DNA of 27,553 nucleotides from a virus (Duplodnaviria; Heunggongvirae; Uroviricota; Caudoviricetes): IMG/VR virus record IMGVR_UViG_3300029653_000015; one strand, 5' to 3'. Shown piece by piece: positions 9,084 to 16,338 of this stretch (position 1 is its first letter; each line of letters starts with the position of its first letter). The notes under the pieces were generated by a model. It saw only the letters and a program-made list of their open reading frames with translations, ran no database searches and was not told where the DNA came from. The position numbers and the translations under genes were made by a program.

Positions 9084-9290
9084 AAAGTGAGGAGCAAAAG
9101 TGAGGATAGCGGGTAATTTAACAAAAAATCAGCGCTACTCCTCACTTTCTCACCTGTATATAGGTCAAAAAGTGAGGAATAAAAAATGCATTGCAAAACA
9201 ACGCATTACAGAAGCAAAAAAAACAGGTGAGGAGCATGACGGGAATAACAAAAAGTGAGGAATAAAAGTGAGTAGAGGTGAGGAATGACC
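9084..9290 (+). repeat. iteron array, putative replication origin of the inserted element (about 8 copies of AAGTGAGGA-like 9-10-mers, one inverted)
   Basis: Copies near 9088, 9101, 9137 (inverted), 9171, 9229, 9254, 9268 and 9280. Lies immediately downstream of the replication ATPase gene, as in P4-like and PICI elements. Confidence 0.6.
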
Positions 9291-9536
9291 AGAAAAACCA
9301 GAGATAAAACAGCGCCAAAATATCGCGCATTAGACATGACAGAGCACGCCTTAAAGGTGGCAATCAGAACAATAGACCGCCATGCCGGAGAAGGATACGC
9401 GAAAGCACATCCCGAACTGATAAGCGCATTCATGGCAACGGCGGCGGCAAACTTTGCCACGCTGACAGAACGGGAGATTGCCGAAGCGGAACAGGTGACA
9501 ACCATCAACGTTAAAACCGGAGAGCAGACAGCATGA
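9285..9536 (+). CDS. hypothetical protein
   Basis: 83 aa with a GAGGTGAGGA RBS. Stop overlaps the SSB-like gene start. Confidence 0.45.
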   Translation: MTRKTRDKTAPKYRALDMTEHALKVAIRTIDRHAGEGYAKAHPELISAFMATAAANFATLTEREIAEAEQVTTINVKTGEQTA

Positions 9537-9955
9537 CAGCACAGATAGCGGCTTACGGGCGGCTGGTGGCTGACCCGCAGTTAAAGACCACCAGCAAGGG
9601 GACACAAATGGCGATGGCGAGTATGGCGGTTCCCCTGCCGTGCAGCCAGGCAGATGACGGAACGGCGACGATGTGGCTTTCTGTCCTGGCGTTTGGCAGA
9701 CAGGCCGATGCACTGGCAAAACACCACAAAGGCGAACTGGTGAGCGTGGCGGGTAACATGCAGGTAAGCCAGTGGACAGGCCATAACGGCGAAACGCGGC
9801 AGGGCTGGCAGGTTATCGCAGACAGCGTAATCAGTGCGCGAACGGCGCGACCGGGCGGCAAAAAAGGCCAACAGGGGCAGGCCACTGATGCACTGAACAG
9901 GGCAAAACAACAGGCGGGAAATGATGATCCGTACGGGGATAACATACCGTTTTAA
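9533..9955 (+). CDS. single-stranded DNA-binding protein-like (OB fold with SSB-type C-terminal tail)
   Basis: 140 aa. N-terminal IAAYGRLVADPQLKTTSKGTQMAMASMAV and WLSVLAFGRQADALA align in pattern with E. coli SSB (VILVGNLGQDPEVRY..., WHRVVLFGKLAEVA). The C-terminus DDPYGDNIPF mimics the SSB tail DFDDDIPF. Confidence 0.6.
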   Translation: MTAQIAAYGRLVADPQLKTTSKGTQMAMASMAVPLPCSQADDGTATMWLSVLAFGRQADALAKHHKGELVSVAGNMQVSQWTGHNGETRQGWQVIADSVISARTARPGGKKGQQGQATDALNRAKQQAGNDDPYGDNIPF

Positions 9956-9971
9956 GCAACGAGTGACAGAA

Positions 9972-9996
9972 GCCGGGATTTTTCCCGGTTTTTTTA
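9972..9996 (+). terminator. rho-independent terminator after the replication operon
   Basis: CCGGG attttt CCCGG followed by TTTTTTT. Confidence 0.5.
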
Positions 9997-9997
9997 C

Positions 9998-10236
9998 GGG
10001 TCCTCCCGGTGTAGTGGCCTTACCACGGGGCGGGAGCGTCGCGGAAAACGGCTGATTTTTGAATTTTCATGGCGGCGGCAGCATGTGCGATAATTTATTG
10101 ATAATTAAAAATTATTTCCGTTTTCACCTGTACAATTTTTTTTCTCCCCTGTCATTAGACCAGTTTGCAATTAATTGAAATATATAAATAAATCAGTTTT
10201 TTACCTGCCTGGTGGAGTTGCCTGTGTCAAAACGTG
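9998..10236 (+). other. cos copy B inside the element: cosN core (10023..10044) plus ~190 bp closely matching the helper cosB region, including a degenerate copy of the helper terS 5' end
   Basis: Base-by-base comparison with 1319..1560 shows near-identity with scattered substitutions. The helper ATGGAGTTGCTTATGTCAAATGTG appears as GTGGAGTTGCCTGTGTCAAAACGTG. Confidence 0.6.
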
Positions 10237-10382
10237 TTCAGATGGCGGGATATTTATGCCGGATTTTTTCCGGCTTTTTTTGTGTCTGAATCTGATTAAT
10301 CTGTTTTTATGATAAAAATATATTTATCTACCACTTTTATCGATCAATAATGTTTGTGGTTTAACCATTCAGGAGATTTTTA

Positions 10383-10592
10383 ATGAGTAGCATCAATGAC
10401 CTGAACACAGCTGACACAAACGGCGGATCCGTTCATCTGGACGCTAAAACAGTAATGCGCCTCAAGCAGTACAGAATAGATCACGCCGTTAATCTACCCG
10501 CGCAGCCATTGCCAGGTGTGGCGCAAATTGTCAGACACGCAGTTAACGCGTGGCTTGATAAGAATGGTTTTGCATCTGGGGGTGAGCAATGA
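10383..10592 (+). CDS. hypothetical small protein preceding the satellite capsid gene
   Basis: 69 aa with AGGAG RBS. Stop overlaps the start of the protease/capsid gene. Confidence 0.45.
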   Translation: MSSINDLNTADTNGGSVHLDAKTVMRLKQYRIDHAVNLPAQPLPGVAQIVRHAVNAWLDKNGFASGGEQ

Positions 10593-12505
10593 ATCGCTGG
10601 TACACCATTAAAGCGGCGGATGTTCGCGGAACGGCGGAGATATCCATCTATGAGGAAATTGGTGGCTTTGGTATTACCGCGAAGCAGTTCACGGAAGACC
10701 TGAAAGCCCTTGGCGATGTTTCACATATCAATCTGCGGATCCATTCACCAGGTGGCGACGTGTTTGAAGGTATCGCCATCTATAACCTGCTACGGAATCA
10801 TCCGGCAGACATTACGGTTTATATCGATGGCGTGGCGGCTTCAATGGCTTCGGTCGTCGCAATGGCTGGCGATCGCGTTGTTATGCCGGAGAACGCCATG
10901 ATGATGATCCATAAGCCGTGGGGGATCTCTGGCGGAAATGCTGGCGATATGCGTGATTATGCTGATTTGCTGGATAAAGTGGAAACCGTGTTAATCCCTG
11001 CTTATGCCAGAAAAACGGGCAAATCAGCACAGGAAATTGCCGCCATGCTGGAAGATGAAACCTGGATGGACGGGAAAGAATGCCTTAAGCACGGTTTTGC
11101 TGATGAATTGTTGCCATCTGTCAGAGTAATGGCGCGAATTGAATCGAAACGCACAGGAGATTTTTTACATATGCCGGAAACCATTAAGGGAATGATTACC
11201 CCGCCGAAATCACAGGCAAAAAACACCATTACAGGCGACCAGGAGCGCATTAACGGCATTAAAGAAATTTTTAGCGTGTTCGGCAACCAGTACGACGGGA
11301 TCAAAATGTCGTGCCTTGAAGATGCATCCTGTACGCTGGAAATGGCCCGGGAACGTCTGCTTAACGAAATGGGTAAAAACCACACACCAACAAATAAAAA
11401 TATCCCGTCTCATATTTATGCCGGAAACGGGAACATAACAGGCGATGCGATTCGCCAGGGCCTTTATTCCCGTCTTGGGTATGAGCGTCCTGAGCGTGGC
11501 AATCCTTACGCGATGATGAGCCTTTTTGAAATGGCCCAGGCGTCACTGGTTGATCGCGGTATCAGTGTTGGCGGTTTTTTAAATCGCTCGCAGGTCGTTA
11601 ATGCAGCTTTTACACACAGCAGCAGTGATTTTTCTCATATTCTGGCTGGCGGTGCTGAAAAATCAGTGCTGAAAGGCTGGCAGGACAGCGGTGAAACGTT
11701 CCAGAAGTGGACGCGTAGCGGTTCACTTTCAAACTTTCACGAGGCAAAACGCGTTGGCCTGAATGGTTTTTCAAAACTGGATAAAGTGCCGGAAGGCGCG
11801 GAATATAAATACATTACTACCAGTGACAAGGGCGTACCTATTGCGCTGGCCACATACGGGAATATTTTTTCTGTTACCCGCCAGGCCATTATTAACGATG
11901 ACCTGACCCAGTTAACTACAATCCCCATGGCGATGGGGCGTGCAGCCGCCAGAACAGTAGGTAATCTGGTGTATCTCCTGTTAACCGGCAATGGCAAATT
12001 CACGGATGGTAAGGCGCTATTCCATGCCGATCATAAAAATCTTATTGCGAAGGATATGGACATGGAGGGACTTAACGAAGCCCGTAAGCTAATGCGCCTC
12101 CAGGAGGACGCTAACGGTGATTCGCTGAATATTACCCCCGCATTTGTCCTGGTCCCCGCCGCGCTGGAGTCTGCCGCACATCGCGCCATTCTGTCATCGT
12201 CATCACTCTTTCCGGTTGATAGTGAGGGCACTATCAATCAGAACCCCGGCATCATTAACGTGGTGAAAGATATGGCTGAGGTTATTGTTGAGCCACGTCT
12301 TGATAAGAACAATAACAAAGAGTGGTATGTAGCCGCAGCGAAGGGGATGGACACGATAGAGGTCGCTTATCTTGATGGTATTGATACGCCATATCTTGAG
12401 GAACAGGAGGGCTTTACTGTTGATGGTGTCGCCTGGAAGGTGCGCATAGATGCAGGTGTTGCAGCCCTCGATTATCGTGGACTACTGAAATCGAGTGGAG
12501 CATGA
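10589..12505 (+). CDS. prohead protease (ClpP-like)/major capsid protein fusion, satellite copy
   Basis: 638 aa. ClpP-like catalytic motifs GVAASMASV and MMMIHKPWG. Continuous reading frame into a capsid-like C-terminal domain. Roughly 60-70% identical by eye to the helper copy at 16339..18297, with a shorter linker between the protease and capsid domains. Confidence 0.8.
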   Translation: MNRWYTIKAADVRGTAEISIYEEIGGFGITAKQFTEDLKALGDVSHINLRIHSPGGDVFEGIAIYNLLRNHPADITVYIDGVAASMASVVAMAGDRVVMPENAMMMIHKPWGISGGNAGDMRDYADLLDKVETVLIPAYARKTGKSAQEIAAMLEDETWMDGKECLKHGFADELLPSVRVMARIESKRTGDFLHMPETIKGMITPPKSQAKNTITGDQERINGIKEIFSVFGNQYDGIKMSCLEDASCTLEMARERLLNEMGKNHTPTNKNIPSHIYAGNGNITGDAIRQGLYSRLGYERPERGNPYAMMSLFEMAQASLVDRGISVGGFLNRSQVVNAAFTHSSSDFSHILAGGAEKSVLKGWQDSGETFQKWTRSGSLSNFHEAKRVGLNGFSKLDKVPEGAEYKYITTSDKGVPIALATYGNIFSVTRQAIINDDLTQLTTIPMAMGRAAARTVGNLVYLLLTGNGKFTDGKALFHADHKNLIAKDMDMEGLNEARKLMRLQEDANGDSLNITPAFVLVPAALESAAHRAILSSSSLFPVDSEGTINQNPGIINVVKDMAEVIVEPRLDKNNNKEWYVAAAKGMDTIEVAYLDGIDTPYLEEQEGFTVDGVAWKVRIDAGVAALDYRGLLKSSGA

Positions 12506-12537
12506 CAACAAGGGCGGCGATAGCCGCCTTTTTTTAC

Positions 12538-12610
12538 GGGTCCTCCCGGTGGAGTGGCCTTGCCACGGGGCGGGAGCGTCGCGGAAAAAGGCTAGTTTTT
12601 GCATTTTCAT
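12538..12610 (+). other. cos copy C: cosN core (12563..12584) followed by element-specific sequence upstream of the satellite terS
   Basis: About 65 bp match copies A and B (GGGTCCTCCCGG...CCACGGGGCGGGAGCGTCGCGGAAAAAGGCTAGTTTTTGCATTT), then the sequence diverges. Confidence 0.55.
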
Positions 12611-12763
12611 TCATCATCATCATCTTTTCAATGCATTGAATTTAAACGAATTTTATTTTTAGTATGTTAATTTTGCGTGTTTTTTGGTCAACATATAACG
12701 CACTTTATAACGCTTTTTGAAAAGGTGTTCGCAAGATGCATGTTTAAAACGTCAGGAGGGGAT

Positions 12764-13249
12764 ATGGATCGTGAGTTGAAAAATCTGATGCTGAACATTA
12801 ACCAACTGGCGGCAATAGCAGGTATATGTCGTCAGACTGCGGCGGCAAGGCTGAAAAACATCCAGCCAGCCGGAGGACATGACAAGCTGAAACTCTATCG
12901 GGTGACTGACATTCTGACCTGTTTTCTTGATCTTCCCGTTCCGGCATCACTGGAAGAAATGGAGCCACATGACCGCAAGGCTTGGTATCAGTCTGAACGT
13001 GAGCGCCTCAAGTTCGAACAGGAAACGGCGCAACTCATACCCGCCGATGATGTGCGAAAAGAGATGGCTATATGGGGGGAAATCGTAAGCGAGGAACTGG
13101 CAAAACTCCCCAATATTCTGGCACGTGATGCAGGGCTTAAACCGATGGCAGTAAACAGAGTGCAGTCAATTATTGACGATTTGTGTAATCAGATTATCAG
13201 CCGGATGGTAAAAAATGACGCAGTGAATGAGGATGTAAAACAGGCATGA
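12764..13249 (+). CDS. terminase small subunit homologue, satellite copy
   Basis: Start chosen at ATG 12764 with AGGAGGGG RBS. The central and C-terminal region (KAWYQSERERLKFEQETAQLIPADDV...IDDL) is homologous to the helper terS (KDWYQSENERIKLEKEQRKLIPVDEV...IDDL). The N-terminal ~60 aa are unrelated. Confidence 0.6.
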   Translation: MDRELKNLMLNINQLAAIAGICRQTAAARLKNIQPAGGHDKLKLYRVTDILTCFLDLPVPASLEEMEPHDRKAWYQSERERLKFEQETAQLIPADDVRKEMAIWGEIVSEELAKLPNILARDAGLKPMAVNRVQSIIDDLCNQIISRMVKNDAVNEDVKQA

Positions 13250-13495
13250 TAATGACCGACGCCGTGATCCGCCGTGCCACCGGAATCAGACTACCAGAAG
13301 GTAAACAGAAGGCCACGCAGTCGGGCAGCGTCATCGTGTTAATGCATGGCGGCGTATTCAGCTTTTAATTAATATTGCTGCCTTTTTCTTTTTTTTATCG
13401 CTTAGGCAGGTACTAAATCTTGGACTATGTGAATGGGGTTACAACTAAATAGTACCTTATAATCATTTAGTTACCTTTTATTTACTTCTTCCTGG

Positions 13496-14608
13496 ATGGA
13501 AGGGCCAGCTGCTGCGTATCAGACCTGGGCGCAACTGGTTTACAAATTACTGACTGCAGAACAGGAGTATGAAGCGACAGGAAGCGAAGAAACACTCAGG
13601 GCGGTTATCAACACCGACTGGGGATTGCCTTATCTTCCTCGTGCCAGCATGGAGCAACGAAAAAGTGAACTGCTTGAGCAGCGGGCAGAGCCAGTTCCTT
13701 CCCGCAGTGTGCCGGATGGCGTTAATTTCCTTGTGGCGACAGTGGATGTGCAGGCGGGACGTCATCGCCGTTTTGTGGTTCAGGTAACGGGCTATGGCAG
13801 TCGTGGCGAACGCTGGATTATTGATCGTTACAATATCATGCAGTCATTGCGCAGTGACTGCGACGGGGAGAGCCAGCGAATTGATCCGGCCAGCTATCCG
13901 GAAGACTGGGATGTCCTGCTGACGGATGTTTTTCATAAAAGCTGGCCGCTGGCCTCCGATCCTTCTCAACAAATGCGACTGATGGCAATGGCGGTGGACT
14001 CCGGCGGTGAAGACGGGGTCACTGATAATGCCTATAAATTCTGGCGTCGTTGCCGTCGTGATGGCCTTGGTAAACGTATTTACCTGTTTAAGGGCGACAG
14101 CATCCGGCGCGCAAAACTGATCACCCGTACATTCCCTGATAACACCGGACGAACGGGCCGACGGGCGCAGGCCGCAGGTGATGTGCCGCTCTGGCTTCTT
14201 CAGACGGATGCACTGAAAGACCGGGTGAATAACGCGTTATGGCGTGACTCGCCAGGTCCCGGCTATGTGCATTTCCCTGACTGGCTGGGGAGCTGGTTTT
14301 ACGACGAACTGACGTATGAAGAGCGGAGCAGTGACGGGAAATGGAGTAAGCCGGGTCGCGGTGCCAACGAAGCCTTTGACCTGATGGTGTATGCCGAGGC
14401 TCTGGTCATTCTGCATGGATACGAAAAGATCCGCTGGCCGGATGCACCGGAATGGGCGAGCCGGGAAACCTGGCTGGAGTGTGTCCCGGACAGTACCGAA
14501 CCGTCACCCTCACCGGAACCGGTATCCACGCCTGTTAAAAAACAAAAACGGAAGAAAACAGTAACTGACGATGTTAACCCCTGGCTGACTTCCGGAGGAT
14601 GGTTATGA
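13496..14608 (+). CDS. terminase large subunit, C-terminal nuclease part (downstream half of the interrupted terL)
   Basis: The frame opens exactly at the right junction (CTGGATGGAAGGGCC). VATVDVQAGRHRRFVVQVTGYGSRGERWIIDRYNIM and NEAFDLMVYAEALVILHG resemble the lambda gpA C-terminal region (RYEMRVWGWGPGEESWLIDRQII, NEALDCFVYALAAL). Confidence 0.8.
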   Translation: MEGPAAAYQTWAQLVYKLLTAEQEYEATGSEETLRAVINTDWGLPYLPRASMEQRKSELLEQRAEPVPSRSVPDGVNFLVATVDVQAGRHRRFVVQVTGYGSRGERWIIDRYNIMQSLRSDCDGESQRIDPASYPEDWDVLLTDVFHKSWPLASDPSQQMRLMAMAVDSGGEDGVTDNAYKFWRRCRRDGLGKRIYLFKGDSIRRAKLITRTFPDNTGRTGRRAQAAGDVPLWLLQTDALKDRVNNALWRDSPGPGYVHFPDWLGSWFYDELTYEERSSDGKWSKPGRGANEAFDLMVYAEALVILHGYEKIRWPDAPEWASRETWLECVPDSTEPSPSPEPVSTPVKKQKRKKTVTDDVNPWLTSGGWL

Positions 14609-14817
14609 ACCAGAATGATATCGAAGCCATGATTCAGCGTTATACGGAAGCTGAAATGGCGGTGCTGGACGGAAAATCCGTCACCTTTAATGGTCAGCAG
14701 ATGACCATGGAAAACTTATCTGAGATCCGGCAGGGACGGCAGGAGTGGGAGCGCCGCCTTGCGGCTCTGATTACACGACGACGGGGGCATCCCGGGTACC
14801 GGCTGGCGAGGTTCTGA
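14605..14817 (+). CDS. head-tail joining protein, lambda W-like
   Basis: About 70 aa between terL and portal, the W position. C-terminal ...RRRGHPGY resembles lambda W (...QRRRGPAGFYV). GGAGG lies 6 nt upstream. The ATG at 14599 is the alternative start. Confidence 0.55.
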   Translation: MNQNDIEAMIQRYTEAEMAVLDGKSVTFNGQQMTMENLSEIRQGRQEWERRLAALITRRRGHPGYRLARF

Positions 14818-16325
14818 TGGCAATTCTTGATGATGTGATTGGCGTTTTTTCACCAGGATGGAAAGCGGCAAGGCTGCGTTCCCGTGCGGTGATCCAGGCT
14901 TATGAGGCCGTAAAAACGACGCGGACACACAAAGCCCGGCGGGAAAACCGAACTGCCGACCAGTTAAGCCAGTACGGGGCCGTGTCGTTACGTGAGCAGG
15001 CCCGTTACCTTGATAACAACCACGATCTGGTTATTGGTGTATTTGACAAGCTGGAAGAACGGGTGGTGGGGAAAAACGGGATTATTGTCGAGCCACATCC
15101 GGTATTACGCAATGGGGCCATTGCCCGTGATCTGGCAGCGGAGATACGCACCCGATGGAGTGAATGGTCTGTCAGCCCGGAAGTCACCGGGCAGTTTACC
15201 CGTCCGATGCTGGAACGTCTGATGCTGCGTACCTGGCTGCGCGATGGTGAGGTGTTTGCCCAGATGGTTTCCGGGCGCATAAACAGCCTGACGCCTTCTG
15301 CCGGTGTTCATTTCTGGCTGGAGGCGCTCGAGCCAGACTTTATTCCCATGACCAGTGATGAGAGCAACAGGCTGAATCAGGGCGTGTTTGTTGATGACTG
15401 GGGGCGTCCCGAAAAATATCTGGTGTATAAAAGTCGTCCTGTATCCGGACGGCAGATGGAAACCAAAGAAGTGGATGCAGAGCGAATGCTGCATCTTAAA
15501 TTTGTTCGCCGTCTGCACCAGATGCGCGGGACGTCTTTGTTGTCCGGTGTGCTGATCCGCCTCAGTGCCCTGAAAGAGTATGAAGATTCTGAGCTGACTG
15601 CAGCAAGGATCGCCGCTGCTCTGGGGATGTACATCCGGAAAGGCGACGGGCAGAGCTATGAACCGGATGGTAATGGCAGCAAGGATAAGGAACGCGAGCT
15701 TACCATTCAGCCAGGCATTATTTACGACGATCTGAAACCCGGCGAAGAAATCGGAATGGTGAAGTCGGATCGTCCCAATCCTAACCTTGAAACTTTTCGT
15801 AATGGTCAGTTGCGTGCCGTGGCGGCGGGCAGTCGTCTGAGTTTTTCCAGTACGGCACGCAACTATAACGGCACTTACAGCGCCCAGCGTCAGGAACTGG
15901 TTGAGTCTACTGATGGCTACCTGATCCTGCAGGACTGGTTTATTGGTGCCGTCACCCGCCCGATGTATCGTGCCTGGCTGAAACAGGCTGTGGCATCCGG
16001 TGTTATCAGGCTACCCCGTGATCTTGACCGTTCTTCACTGTATACCGCGGTGTATTCCGGACCAGTGATGCCGTGGATTGACCCTGTTAAGGAGGCTGAG
16101 GCCTGGAAAATCCAGATTCGTGGTGGAGCGGCGACAGAATCAGACTGGGTACGTGCTGGTGGTCGTAATCCGGATGATGTCAAACGTCGGCGCAAGGCCG
16201 AAATTGATGAAAACCGCAAGCTGGATCTGGTATTTGATACCGATCCGGCCAGTGATAAAGGAGGCAGCAGTGCCGCAACGAAACGACAGGAGCCGCAGCA
16301 CACCGACGACCAGTCCGAAGAATAA
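14817..16325 (+). CDS. portal protein (lambda gpB family)
   Basis: 502 aa from the ATG overlapping the W stop. Size and position match a portal. The family call rests on gene order and general similarity. Confidence 0.7.
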   Translation: MAILDDVIGVFSPGWKAARLRSRAVIQAYEAVKTTRTHKARRENRTADQLSQYGAVSLREQARYLDNNHDLVIGVFDKLEERVVGKNGIIVEPHPVLRNGAIARDLAAEIRTRWSEWSVSPEVTGQFTRPMLERLMLRTWLRDGEVFAQMVSGRINSLTPSAGVHFWLEALEPDFIPMTSDESNRLNQGVFVDDWGRPEKYLVYKSRPVSGRQMETKEVDAERMLHLKFVRRLHQMRGTSLLSGVLIRLSALKEYEDSELTAARIAAALGMYIRKGDGQSYEPDGNGSKDKERELTIQPGIIYDDLKPGEEIGMVKSDRPNPNLETFRNGQLRAVAAGSRLSFSSTARNYNGTYSAQRQELVESTDGYLILQDWFIGAVTRPMYRAWLKQAVASGVIRLPRDLDRSSLYTAVYSGPVMPWIDPVKEAEAWKIQIRGGAATESDWVRAGGRNPDDVKRRRKAEIDENRKLDLVFDTDPASDKGGSSAATKRQEPQHTDDQSEE

Positions 16326-16338
16326 TTCCTGGTTCAGG

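Larger units (their letters stand above)
3074..13495 (+). mobile_element. integrated satellite-like element (~10.4 kb) inserted within prophage terL: int, alpA-like, Bro-N, RHH regulator, replication module with iteron ori, SSB-like, protease/capsid fusion, terS, cos copies
   Basis: Bounded by the two halves of one terL reading frame. Integrase gene abuts the left junction. Both junctions carry CTGGATG (3064..3070 and 13492..13498). Gene content matches P4-like/PICI-like satellites. Exact ends are approximate. Confidence 0.7.

Noticed and set aside
9084-9290. Possible CRISPR array
   Set aside because: Repeat units are only about 9-10 bp, irregularly spaced, and occur in both orientations. 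That fits iterons, not CRISPR repeats.
9351-9945. Three overlapping minus-strand ORFs of 109-130 aa
   Set aside because: Antisense to the SSB-like gene and the 83-aa gene. The plus-strand genes have RBSs and coupling; these do not.
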